Positions 50,201 to 62,200 of a stretch of 64,000 bases of DNA are shown here, piece by piece. Where the stretch lies: positions 13,479-77,478 of the forward strand of contig JAUCBJ010009074.1 in assembly GCA_032718475.1 (NCBI GenBank), in the 5' to 3' direction. Each line of letters opens with the position of its first letter. The stretch's first letter is position 1. This DNA is from Nemertoderma westbladi (lineage: Eukaryota > Animalia > Xenacoelomorpha). The notes under the pieces are model-generated. The model was not told the DNA's origin. It was given only the letters and a program-made list of their open reading frames with translations, and did no database searches. The translations under genes and the position numbers were made by a program.

Positions 50201-51379
50201 TGTAAAGGCTTTTGCGGAATTAGCTGGTTATTTTCCCCGCAAAGTACTCTGTAGTTGTTTTAACGGACATAAAAAGCCGTTTCCTTACTGCACCGGTGTT
50301 TTAGTGGACATAAAAAGCCATTTCTTCTGTATGTGTACTTTAGCGGACATAACTCGCGATTTTATGTCGCAATAAGCCAAATACTCTAAACATCGGAACT
50401 CAGATGACGACATCTATCAGCTGTGTCCACGTGTAACATTTCTTTGTACTTTGTTCGTTCTTTGTTCGGTCGACCAATCAGAGCGGTTTTCACTCTGTGT
50501 TGGAGATTGTATACAGAAACTCATGCAATTCAGTCAGTGTGTGTATTTTTCCTGATGCCAGAAGACCGGCTTTGGAATTTCTGTGTTTCAGGCTTTAGCC
50601 AAACATTAGTAGGCTTGATCATAGAAACGTATAACTGTTATCTCACACTGCATATCACGCAACATCAGACTCAAATCAAATCATATTGTTTACCACACCG
50701 CATTATTTTACTGCTATTTACTGTCGGTTATTAATTATATCAGTTGATGGAATATTATTATATTTGGATAATATCGATAAATAATCATAAAACCCCCAAT
50801 CTTCTTGATATACTGAAGGTAAGAGACAGGTTACATATAGCAATTGCGACTTACATTATATTGGTTTTGGAGTGAATCTAATGCTATTTCATAGGAACTA
50901 CATGTGTCGGTTGCTGTTCTCTTTATATGTGACTAAAATTGGTGAAGGTCGGCAGATCGGTGTGCAGCATTGTGCGGTAGTGTGCATGATTGTGACAGAT
51001 AACAAAGCATCTCCTAAAGAATGCGCTTTATACGTGAATCAATAGCCATCCCGTTGTGTTTAGTGTAAGTCATAACTCTGTTTACATACTTAGAGCGCCA
51101 TGTCCTAAAGGAACTGTTAATATTTCCCGAAAGTGAATAATATTTGTCAGAGATTATATATTAACAATCAATCGAATAATACAGTAGGCCTACATCACAA
51201 TAAGGTCAGAGCTTCCGAATCCAGTCTCCCGGGTATATCCAGCGGGTGAATGGTCGCGCATAGGCTGACTTCGGCTAATGTAGTGTATCAAATACTCGTC
51301 ATAGGCTAAAGTCGATTTATAATCTAAAAGACACCTAAATTTGGCAGGTTAAACTGCTAAAGGTCTGAAAGCACGAACA
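50201..51379 (+). repeat. 5' LTR (~1.18 kb, TG...CA)
   Basis: Matches 63557-64000. The end is inferred from loss of homology with the 27947 copy at 'gcacgaaca'. Confidence 0.8.
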
Positions 51380-53294
51380 ATAACAGTTATTGCTTCTGTA
51401 TTGCACGTAGGCAATAAAGGGCAAAAGTACCGGTCGACCGGTAACTAGTAGGCCTGACTACCTAACCACCCGGACCGGTACTTACAGCAGTACAGGTACA
51501 GCAGTATTATTCGATTTTGATAATTATATACCGGTAGGTCTTGATATTTAATCAGGGACGGCCGCCCTGGTTTTTTATTGAGATTTTACTTATTTCTGTC
51601 AGTTTTATTTATCTGTAAGTTGATGTTGAGCAGAAGACGTGTAAGCCTGCTCAGATTGTACAGGTAATTTGTAGGCTGGACTGACTATTGTCTGACTGTT
51701 GTTAAGTCTGAAGAGATTACAGTGTGTGTAGAGTGTATGTCCGATAAAGTACTAGTTAGGAAAGTGGGTGGCATCCAGTGCTGTAAGGTAAATCCCCCTG
51801 AAAGAATAAGTCGTACTACTCGGTTAGAACGCATACTAACTAACCATTTCGGAGTCTGCATATACTGTGGTTTATTTAGGCTTGATAGTAGTCTGCCAGC
51901 GTTTGGTCTGTATTTTGTTTATATAGTCTGTAAGGGTAGCGTAATATTTATTATTCAGAGTTTATGCGATTATTCGCAACATTCATACCCCAAGTTTATT
52001 CCTACAGTAATTGTGCTTGTTATATATACCGTTATAGTTAAATTAACCCCGGTACTACATCAGGGCTGTTTGGCGTAGGTAAAGACTGGAGATTATATGC
52101 TTTGGTCACTCCGGCAGATACCGTGGTTCTTTTAGCTGTACAAGTATTTCTAACTGCTGGTTATTTGTTGTATAAGTACTTGTACCTAATTTAGGGTTTA
52201 GTGTACAGTGCTTTCCGAAGGTAATTAGTGTGTAGGCAGTATATTTGTGTTGTAAAGTGGTTAATAGGCACGTTGGATCTGGTAGGCCGCGGTAATTAAC
52301 TTCTAGGTAGGAACACTCCGTGATACATAATGTAGTACTTATAGCGATACGGCTATAAGTCGTCAGACGGTGGTATTTTTCCTATCTGGACAACGCAGTA
52401 TATTTACTACTGCTTTGTTATTTTCAAATACCGTAGAATCCTGTCTGTTTGTAATAACCAGATATTCTAACCCTTTGTTAGGCTGGTTTGTAGACTTCTT
52501 GTAAAATTACCCTAAAAAATTCGTACGTGTAATTTTTGTGTTTATTTAGAGATTGTAATCTCACCCCGAATTGTACGTAATTTGTAGTATTAAGTAACTT
52601 AGGTAAATTAGAATTATTTGTTTTAGTGTCCAACAAATAGTACTTCACTGAGAGCGTACAGCTTCTGTGCGGTGACTCTTTCCCAGAAATAATAACATTT
52701 ATTTCAAATATTGACAAAAACCCATTATAGGGGTATATATATTATAAATCAACTCAAACCGATTTATAAAATAGTAGGCCTGTCATACAACAATTAGGTC
52801 TTAATATCAGTTGGACTACTGCTTAAATAACGGTAATAAGGTAAAGTAAAGTAACCAAGTAACCCCTAAAATTCAGAAATTCAATTATTCTAAAATAATT
52901 GATATACCGGTATTTACAATAGGCTTATTATATTTATTTCTATAAATTTGCGCTGAAATTATATACCGGTATTCTGTAATTAATTCTAGTCTGTAATTAT
53001 ACTTATATATACTATAAGTGTAAGCTGTATACCGGTATTCACGATAGGCTTATTATATACTTATATATTTGCGCTGAAATTACATACCGGTATTCTGTGA
53101 CAAACCTAGTCTGTAATAATACTTATACATATACTATAAGTGTATACCGGTATTCTAATATATTATATATATATATATCACGTTACACTGAGTAACAGTA
53201 TCGGTAATTAATTACTAGGCTAACAGTTGATACTGAATTACTAGACTTGCTTTAACTGTAATATAGCAGTAGGCATTCAACTGTACAAACAAAC

Positions 53295-56200
53295 ATGTCT
53301 GACACAAAGCAAAACCTGTCAGACAGTCTCCTAGATACAACCATCTGTGATCCAGACAGGAGTGTGGAACGTGTGAGACCAAAGTTCAACTCACCTCCTA
53401 CTGTAAGAAAGATCATCCCTCCAGTAGTAGTATCAGACCCTAGGCTAGTCCAACAACGTAGGTCTATCATAGGCACTCGAGCTCAGGTCAAGCGGGACCA
53501 AGAGGCAGCTGTTGAACAGCAGCAACACTCGAGCCGAGAACTTATTTCTCAGCGGCCCGACAGCTCCAGTAGTGCGGATACTGTAGAGCTGACACCCGAG
53601 CGCGGAGCAAAGATGGCAGATGCGGTTTATTCGGATCCCCTTCTCATCCTTCCTGCAGCCGTACTCACTAGGGTATTGATTGCAGTGGAGGAACACCAGA
53701 TTGATTGGGCGAGAAGTAAGCGATTGACCAAGGATAGTTATGCGGGATACACAAGGGAAGAACTGAAGTCTATTGTCGAGTCGCAATGGAACTTCCCCGG
53801 ACCCGGACTCCCGTTTGACTTATCGGAAGCTGCCTGGGAAGACATACACAGGATGGGAGTGACAAAAGACACCAGTGATCCAGCTGTATGGAAGAGTTCG
53901 GCAGCAGGATACGTACAGGGATTCTTCAGCTCTTTGGAGCGATTAGAGGAACAACTGTTTCGACAACCCCAAGGACCTCAAGAGCAGGGAGAGCTGCTTT
54001 ATCAAGTTAGAGAAAGAATTCTAAGAATCAGACTAATCCTATCAGCCTTTGAGGAAGCTTCGAAAAGAAGACAAGACACGTCGTTGCAAGTTGCTGTAAA
54101 GACTTGGTTCCAGCGGGTGAGTCTCAAGGTTCAAGGAACGGCCCAGTGGAAATCTCAGCTGGCTGAGCGCTCAACCCATGGAGAATCAACAGACGCTACC
54201 TTTTCTCAAGTGGAAAGCCAAGCGACAGCAGAGAAACCGCATAAGAGGGATGCTATTGACATCTATCTGTCAGACTATCAACGCTTTCTAGGTGATGAAG
54301 AGTTGAGGAGAAGGCTGGATGGACTTCGCCCTAATAGTGAAGGAGCCAAGCTTGTGTTGGACGCAATAGATGTGGAAATGTTAGCTGCGAACCAAGCTAA
54401 ATTTGATGAAAGCATCCGCATCGCTAAGGTTCAAGAAGAACAAGTAAAGAAAAAACGTATAGAAGACAGAAAGACAGCAGCAGCGGCAGCGGCAGAGGCA
54501 GAAACGGAAAGAAAGGCAGCAGAAGTGGAAAAGAAAGCGGCAATGGCAGCGGCAGAAGCGGAAAGAAAAACGGCCGAAGCGGAAAGAAAGGCAGCAGAAG
54601 TGGAAAAGAAAGCAGCAATGGCAGTGGCAGAAGCAGAAAGAAAAGCGGCAGAAGCAGAAAGAAAAGCGGCAGTGGCAGAAGCAGAACGGAGGGCATCTGA
54701 AGAGACAACCCAACTAGAGTTGGAAAATCTTCAAGAGAGGCAAGACAACTTCAATAAACAGTTAACAGCTAGTCAAATGCAGATGATGAGTCGATCTACT
54801 CCCAAACGACAGGGATTTACATCCTCTGATGAAGGCGATACCACCGATCCTGAAGGCGGAGGAAATAGATCTCGTCTAAGTAGGCGTAGAAGAATGTCCC
54901 ACCGTCAGAAATTGCCTGATTTGCCCCCAGCTGTTAGAAGGCAACTAGCTAGCACAGACTTAGGTAGTACAGAACCCACAGACCAAATAATTAAAATAGA
55001 AAGACTCCCTACTATAGTAGATGAGCCTGAAATAATTAGGCCTGTTCTCGAAGCCACCCCTTCGGTGATAGAGACACCTGTACTCCCAGAACCTACCTCT
55101 AAATTCCCTTTGCACAGTACTAAACTACCTGTGCCCAGTAGGACTGTTCCCGAGTCCGAACCCGTCCTGGACGCCGAGCGAGATATCAAGAATTTATCGC
55201 CCGTCGTCTCTCGTCTGCCCGCTACTATGTTGGCGGCTCCCGCTTCGGCGGTCGAGTGGGTGGATGAGGGGCGGCGAGGGATGAATCTCCTGCTCGGGCA
55301 GATGCAGGAGACTGTTCATCAGTTTAAGGGAACAGTAAGGGAAAGTAGGTTAGAGTTGCAAGAGGTGCAGCAGAGTATCGCATTAGAACGCGACAAATTA
55401 GTAAATATCCAAAGGGGTATACCACCAACCCCGGTAACAATGTGTCAACCTGTTAGGTCTGAAGTATTTCATGTGCAAGGTGTGGAGCCTACACACATCT
55501 ATACTGCTAGTGAAGTAGAAACTCCTATAGTAAACCCTATTAAGGGTAATTATAAACCTGTTGACAATGATATTCCATATAGACCTGATAATAATCCGAG
55601 AAATTTATATACCGATAACTCGATATTAAATAATACGATGGACCAAGAAAGTTTTACGCGTCAAATGGCTAGAACCGAAGCCCGTCAAGCGGTAAAGGTG
55701 GGAGAGATCGTCAAGTTCAATGGAGATGAGATGAAATGGTTACCTTTTAATGAATATTACAAAGATAACATACAGAACTCTGTGCTATCTAACGGAGAGA
55801 AACTTAGATTCCTCATCGAGTGCTTGGAAGGATCTCCCAAGTTAATGGCGTTAAAGTTTATTGGACATCCAGATGGATTAAGACAAGTTTGGGATACACT
55901 AAACATCAGGTATGGTAATAGGAATAACATAGCTAGGTATTTGTATGCAAAATTGGTAGCCCCCCGAAAGTTCATTAGCAGCGGGATTATAGAGTTTTCT
56001 GATGAGATTCAGGAGATCTGTAGACAATTAGATTGGCTATGTAAGTCTCATGAATATCAGAGTTCTATGGTTATTGGAGCCGTGGCCTCTACTTTACCGA
56101 AGGGTGGAGTAGGTACATGCTGGGATAAGAAAGTGTTATATATGATGGAACAACAACGACGAGACCCTACCATGGCTGATCTCATGTCATTCTTAGATGG

Positions 56201-57953
56201 AGAAGTAAAATTACAGCTCCTAAAGCAGTCCAGAGAGAAGACACCGGAAAATAAGGTAAGTGAGAAACCCGTTTCTAGGAGAAAAGTAACACCAGTGTGT
56301 TATACCGACGACGGCGAAAGCCAGGCTTCTCAAGAAGAGGACAGCAGGAAAGACACTGAAAGATCTTATTATGTCAACAAAATGCCTAAAGACGTAAGTA
56401 AATTCAAGTCTCGAACCAATGACAGGAGAGAACAGGTAAGAAAAACTCCTCCTACGTCTCCTAAGAGAATTCATGTAAGAAAGCCCGAAGAAAGAACTAG
56501 TGTGCACAACGTTACTCAAAATAAGGTAAGTAACATCAAACCGAAATGTGCGCTGTGTGACGGGCCCCACCGTTTGAATGTGTGTGATGAATTCCTAAAG
56601 AAATCATTAAAGGATAGACGGGAAGTCATGTGGGATAAGCGGTTGACTAAATTCATAAACAACCGACCCTTGGCGGAGAAAAGAATTGCTCAACTACATC
56701 GACGCCTTACGGCAAATGCTTCAGCTAAAGAAATGTATCAGACTCAGTTGAAGAAATTTATTAACAAGGGATATGCGGAGCGAGTACCGGAAGAAACACC
56801 TATAACTGAGAGAACGTACTATTTAACACATCATTACGTTCCCAAACTCGGTAAACCCCATGAAGTAAGGGTAGTATTTGACGGCTCCGCCGAGGCAGAA
56901 TTACCTAGGGAACGAGTAAGCTTCTATGAACCACCTTTTACTAATACCGGTGTAGATTTATTTGGCCCTATTGAAGTATATCGTGCTAGGACTATAGTGA
57001 AGAGATGGTGTGTCATCTTTGTTTGTATGACTTGTAGAGCTATCCATCTCGATATGGTGAACGATTTATCTACCAACAGCTTCCTATTGAGCTTACGACG
57101 ACAGATCGCTCGCTTTGGAACTAGTAACACGATGAGATCTGATAAGGGAACAAACTTCATTGGTGCCAACAATGAAATCAAGGCTTACGTCAAAGATTGG
57201 AACCAAAGACAGGTGGACGATCAGCTAAGGGTAACAGCGTCTAGCTGGACCTTCAACGCCGCCTACGCCCCTTGGTGGGGAGGAAGTTGGGAGAGATTAA
57301 TCAGGAGCATGAAGACCACATTTCACTTTATAGTGCCGTGCCGCGCGTATCTCACCGACGAACTTTTGCGGACGTTAATGGAGGAAATCGCCGCCTATCT
57401 CAACGAGAGACCGCTTATGCCAGTCTCATCGAGTCCCGATTCCCTGGAAGTGCTAACACCCGTGCACTTCTTGCTGAAGAAACCTGTAGCCATGCTCCCA
57501 CGATCGGAAATCACAGACGGAGACGAATACTGCCGGCAAACTTGGCAACTTATGCAGTTGTTATCCCGTCATTTCGCTGACCATTTCGAAAAACATTATC
57601 TGCCCACGCTACAACTTCGAACTAAGTGGTTTGCGCAGCAAGAAAACGTCAGCGCTGGAGACATGGTCCTTATTGTGGATTCAGATCTTCCACGTAAGCG
57701 GTGGCAGACAGGTCGTATCATCGAGACTCACATCTCGGATGATGGTTTGGTGCGATCGGTAGAACTCGTCGTCATGCGACGTAACTTTAAGAAACCGGGA
57801 ATTGTCTTCGAGACACAGCAGCTCAATCGCCCAGTTGGCCGTTTATGTTCACTGGAAAGAGACCGAGAACTCTCCGGAAACTATGGAAGGCAAGATACTC
57901 TTCCCACGACCACCTCCCTAATCCAACAAACATCTAGGGACTCCCCAGCGTAA
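53295..57953 (+). CDS. BEL/Pao gag-pol with two in-frame internal deletions (Gag + short RT stub + integrase core and C-terminus)
   Basis: Gag core KFNGDEMKWLPF...EKLRFLIECLEG and knuckle CALCDGPHRLNVC; RT stub YYLTHHYV...VRVVFDGSA; integrase TGVDLFGP, RAIHLD, SDKGTNF, PWWGGSWERLI, LNERPL, LTPVHFL, W.TGRI...DGLVRSV. Confidence 0.93.
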   Translation: MSDTKQNLSDSLLDTTICDPDRSVERVRPKFNSPPTVRKIIPPVVVSDPRLVQQRRSIIGTRAQVKRDQEAAVEQQQHSSRELISQRPDSSSSADTVELTPERGAKMADAVYSDPLLILPAAVLTRVLIAVEEHQIDWARSKRLTKDSYAGYTREELKSIVESQWNFPGPGLPFDLSEAAWEDIHRMGVTKDTSDPAVWKSSAAGYVQGFFSSLERLEEQLFRQPQGPQEQGELLYQVRERILRIRLILSAFEEASKRRQDTSLQVAVKTWFQRVSLKVQGTAQWKSQLAERSTHGESTDATFSQVESQATAEKPHKRDAIDIYLSDYQRFLGDEELRRRLDGLRPNSEGAKLVLDAIDVEMLAANQAKFDESIRIAKVQEEQVKKKRIEDRKTAAAAAAEAETERKAAEVEKKAAMAAAEAERKTAEAERKAAEVEKKAAMAVAEAERKAAEAERKAAVAEAERRASEETTQLELENLQERQDNFNKQLTASQMQMMSRSTPKRQGFTSSDEGDTTDPEGGGNRSRLSRRRRMSHRQKLPDLPPAVRRQLASTDLGSTEPTDQIIKIERLPTIVDEPEIIRPVLEATPSVIETPVLPEPTSKFPLHSTKLPVPSRTVPESEPVLDAERDIKNLSPVVSRLPATMLAAPASAVEWVDEGRRGMNLLLGQMQETVHQFKGTVRESRLELQEVQQSIALERDKLVNIQRGIPPTPVTMCQPVRSEVFHVQGVEPTHIYTASEVETPIVNPIKGNYKPVDNDIPYRPDNNPRNLYTDNSILNNTMDQESFTRQMARTEARQAVKVGEIVKFNGDEMKWLPFNEYYKDNIQNSVLSNGEKLRFLIECLEGSPKLMALKFIGHPDGLRQVWDTLNIRYGNRNNIARYLYAKLVAPRKFISSGIIEFSDEIQEICRQLDWLCKSHEYQSSMVIGAVASTLPKGGVGTCWDKKVLYMMEQQRRDPTMADLMSFLDGEVKLQLLKQSREKTPENKVSEKPVSRRKVTPVCYTDDGESQASQEEDSRKDTERSYYVNKMPKDVSKFKSRTNDRREQVRKTPPTSPKRIHVRKPEERTSVHNVTQNKVSNIKPKCALCDGPHRLNVCDEFLKKSLKDRREVMWDKRLTKFINNRPLAEKRIAQLHRRLTANASAKEMYQTQLKKFINKGYAERVPEETPITERTYYLTHHYVPKLGKPHEVRVVFDGSAEAELPRERVSFYEPPFTNTGVDLFGPIEVYRARTIVKRWCVIFVCMTCRAIHLDMVNDLSTNSFLLSLRRQIARFGTSNTMRSDKGTNFIGANNEIKAYVKDWNQRQVDDQLRVTASSWTFNAAYAPWWGGSWERLIRSMKTTFHFIVPCRAYLTDELLRTLMEEIAAYLNERPLMPVSSSPDSLEVLTPVHFLLKKPVAMLPRSEITDGDEYCRQTWQLMQLLSRHFADHFEKHYLPTLQLRTKWFAQQENVSAGDMVLIVDSDLPRKRWQTGRIIETHISDDGLVRSVELVVMRRNFKKPGIVFETQQLNRPVGRLCSLERDRELSGNYGRQDTLPTTTSLIQQTSRDSPA
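54470..54700 (+). repeat. Coding repeat in Gag (AAAEAERK-type coiled coil)
   Basis: Repeated gcagaagcggaaagaaaggca-like units. Confidence 0.85.
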
Positions 57954-59224
57954 CAACGTCTGGAGTGGGTGTGTGACTATATTATTTATACTTGTTTCAT
58001 TATTTTATATTTATGTATGTATTATTATGTAATTTTATTATAATCGTTTTCTTTAATTTTATTTAGTAGAATGTTATTTTAGCGATTATTTAGTAGAATA
58101 GTGCAATATATATTAGTGTTTATTACTTAATAACTTATATATTATATATCTAGAGCGACAGCGAGAAATAATTCTTTTTATCTTTTCTTACTGTCCGTAT
58201 TACATTACAAATACGTAACTACAGTAAGATGAAATATCCGTACTTATTAAAGTACAATAAAGCTCCTACTATATTCAAGTATTATTGGTAAAGTAGGGTA
58301 TTAGGAATGCAAAATTCAGATCCTCGTGTCTCGGCTAAACCAAGCTCTGGGTAGACCTTGGAAACGACTTGCCTCTTCTCACTGACATTGCTTCTTGCGA
58401 TATTGCTCTCATACCGTATATTAAATAATACATATAGTAGCATGATGTCCTTTTAACAGTAGCGTACAACGCAAATAAATCTGTTAAACCCTTTGACCAT
58501 CTGCAATTCTAGTCGATTAAGATATCGCGGCACCCACCGAGAGTGCGAGAAGTACGTTAGTGTGCGAGAATCTCCAATATATAGTCAATAGCCGATAAAA
58601 TTCATAAAATCATGTATAAAGGGGATATTGACAATTAAAGAATTACTATTAAATAGCATCCCAGATCTGTATGCATGAGAATTACCCTAATTCTACTGCT
58701 AGCTTTCCATAATGTCACCATAGCAACAACCACGCTAGAATTAGAAGTGAGTTAAAAGAACAATAGAAAGCTTGCCCCATTGAATAGCATAGGGAATAAA
58801 TAGCACACTGCTAGTATCCAAGGATACATAATAATAACGTGGCATTCTGGAAGGCACTTGACTAACGGACAAATGGCCCGAATGTGTACAATTTGTGACA
58901 GTTGTGTGGAATTTGTGCGTTTATAGGTGAATGTTACTACTAAAGTGTGTTTACAGTAGCGAAAGTAGCCTTGTAGTATTGTGAAAGTAGCCCTAACTCT
59001 GCAGCGAGAACCTGAAGTAAATCTAAGCCTTTGGGACGGACAGTGGAGTGACTTGTGCCGGTTATCGTTGTCGTTGTGTAGCTACTACGTTGGCGAAAAC
59101 ACAGCGACGACGGTACATCGGCGCTGAGGATCTTGCACTGTCCGGGGGCAGAGAGGGGTAGGCAGCGACGCCCGCTAGCCTTAATATAAACTCATTATAA
59201 TATTGATAAACTCATATAGCAGAT

Positions 59225-62200
59225 ATGACTGAGTTGATAGAAGATGATCTTGGTATCAGGGAGCGATATACTCTACCTTTACAAGCGTTTGTTGATAGCT
59301 TGATACGCGGCGACGCTGGTCCAACTACTACGGAGGACGATGGTCGTTATATCGAACCACCAATGTCCCAGGAGCAACTTACGCGTGAATTGGATTATAG
59401 AAAATTCACCGCTCACTATATGCATCGTAATGGTACATATATGGACTTCTTAACTACTGGCCATCCTATCGATTTACACGATACGGACGATGTAGACACC
59501 GAAAGGGAAATGGTTTTATTTAAATATCATACCCAGCGGAGTCGGCACGATAAACCGAGAATAGAACACGAGAATTCTATTCGAAACCGACTCGAAAGGG
59601 AAGACGTTGAAGAGCCGGATAAACGCAGCGACTTCAACGATTATCTGGAATTCCTGAGAGAAACATATCTCAATATTGCCAGTCAACAAAATCTAGAAAC
59701 TCGATATCCTCAAGTTATACATCATGACCCTATGATAGAACTCAAACGACTCTATTTCACTATGATGTATCTTACCGCCGATCGACCGATACCTGTCGTC
59801 CCAGATAGCTTCGAACAGATGGAGGAATATTGTAAAACTGGAGAACGATCACCCGCGTTTCCCCTGCAGGACGTGCGTCTTTGGTATTACTGTGACGAAT
59901 GCCCTAGACCCAATCAGCAAACAGAAAGACATAAACATCCGCGGAGACGTTGCGCTAAACACAGTTTTACACGATATACTTATGGGAGTTTCGAGCGAAA
60001 CCTGTTCGACGTATCACCTACGCTCGCTCGACTCAAACGATCCTTGAATAAACCAATGATCAGAGTTCCGGAATACTCGGTCAGACCTCCTCATTCCTCA
60101 GTGAGACCTCAAACGCTTGACCCTAATAGTATAATGGATCCCCCTGAACTGTACTCACTATTTAAAGATCTTGTATTACCCGATCAGTTGATCGGTGGCA
60201 CTCCGATAGTGGGCTCACTAGATATTCGCCAACCCTACCTAGCCGGATTAGGACGCGGTCATCTAATATCGCCGTTTAACCCGTACAACCGTCCAGGCTT
60301 AACCCCGATACAACCCGTTACCGAAGTCGAAGAGAGCGTTGTATGAAACGCGTTAGACGCTATTCGGCAGAAAATCGGAAAAGGAACTTACGATTGTTTA
60401 GAGAAATGCAAATTGCAGCAACAAGTCCAAGCGGTGAAAGAATTAGCTTTACCCCAGTTTAATAGAGAAATCCAGAATCTCGAGGAGGACATCGAACGTG
60501 GACGAACCTACTCTTTACAAGAGTTCCTAGACGAGCGTTTACAACAAGAAGCGGAGGAAAATCAGCTCGAAGAGAAACACATAGAAATGGATGACAGAGA
60601 AGAAGCAGCTTTAGCCCAGCCAGAAGCTCAAATTCTTATGACGGATCTCTATTCTAAAACCATCATCCATCCTTCGATGGTTCCCCATTTCGGAGACAAA
60701 CTCTTCGCCACGGCACAGCCTCAACCGGTTGATATCAACCTAAGATCTCGAGATCTTATCGCTGACGCTCCCATGTTGCAACGTCCGCCAATCGAGGCCG
60801 CTCGTGTCGATGGTATACTCGTTGAACCTCCGGACAATAGAGCGGATCTTGTCCGGCGTATGGTACACGATGTTAACATGCGCGCTAGACCTTTACCGAA
60901 CTCGTTTTATGGGATCAAAGATCACCCTTATTACGTCAATCTAACGCAATATTACATGGTAAAACCGGAAGATCCTACACATAGTCTGAGGTTTCTACCA
61001 CTAATAAATCCTCTCGATCTTGTCGAACTCGAACAACTGCAGAAACATCTGGATCAGTTAGTTAAAGTAAACTCATTTCGAAAACCCTATAATGTTTCCA
61101 GGATAGAGAAAGAGACTATACCTCCGTATAATCTTGATGGATTCATCAAAACTCGATAAGTACACTGGAATCTCGACGTGTTATTCGAGGAGGAAAGAAT
61201 ACAACGATATGGAGATGTAGAGACATATACTACACAATATTTAAAGTATAGAGATCTACCTAATGCTAGCGAATGCGCTACCTTGTGGCATCCAGTGGGA
61301 ATGACTCTGGAAAACGCCACTAAAGAGTGGAATGAGACTCTTAACGTTATCGAGATGTATGGAGTTGTCACTTACGATAACGAAGGTAGCGTTCCAGTTG
61401 GAGAACTGGGAACTACGCGAATGATACATATACGAGGACTAGCTGGTTCTACCCACGTATTTACTCGAGTGTGTTCCGATGTGATTGATTATTCTTTTGA
61501 GACCCTTACCGAGATACAAAAGAAACTCCGACATGGACAATTCGAACTCGCGCAGCGTTACGTCACCGACACCGAGCGCAAACCAGCCATGGGTATCGAT
61601 GGATCGATGTTACCCCAACCCGTGCTCGAGATGTTGTTTAACGAAAGAATCCTTAAAATCGGCTCAGCTGTTTATGGAGATCTCCAAAACGACTTTCGGA
61701 ACATGGAGAACATTCCATACCCTTTCGTTGATACTCAGCTGATTGCTCCCTGGGTAGAAGGCCGAGGTTTCTTCCGCACTATGTATGCAAATACACCCAG
61801 CGGCATTACTAAAGTACAACGAACCTCCATCGGACATCTTGCCTTTCAAGAATACGGATGGAATTTCAAGGTTGGAAATCCTATCAACTACCAACAAGTA
61901 TATGGAGATCATTATTCTCGATTATACTTTGATGGACCATTGACCGCACCTGGCGCCGTTTATAGCTTTATGAGTGTTCCACTTCGTCCCTCCTTAGCTA
62001 TATACACGATCTTTGAAAACGCCGCACTTGCCGGTTGGCTCGCCGATGTGTGCAGTCGTACCATAAGCGCCCATCCCTTAATACTTGGAACCAAACTCGC
62101 CAAGCTAGATGAACACAATAAATTCATCCGCTTCTAATGTTTCAGGCGCTTTTTGACTCTGTTCCGTAACGTTGATAGTCAGTTCAAGGACCGCGCTCTG

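Noticed and set aside
54381-57580. Antisense and alternate-frame ORFs over gag-pol (similar ones occur over the LINEs)
   Set aside because: They are shadows of real coding frames or of low-complexity repeats.
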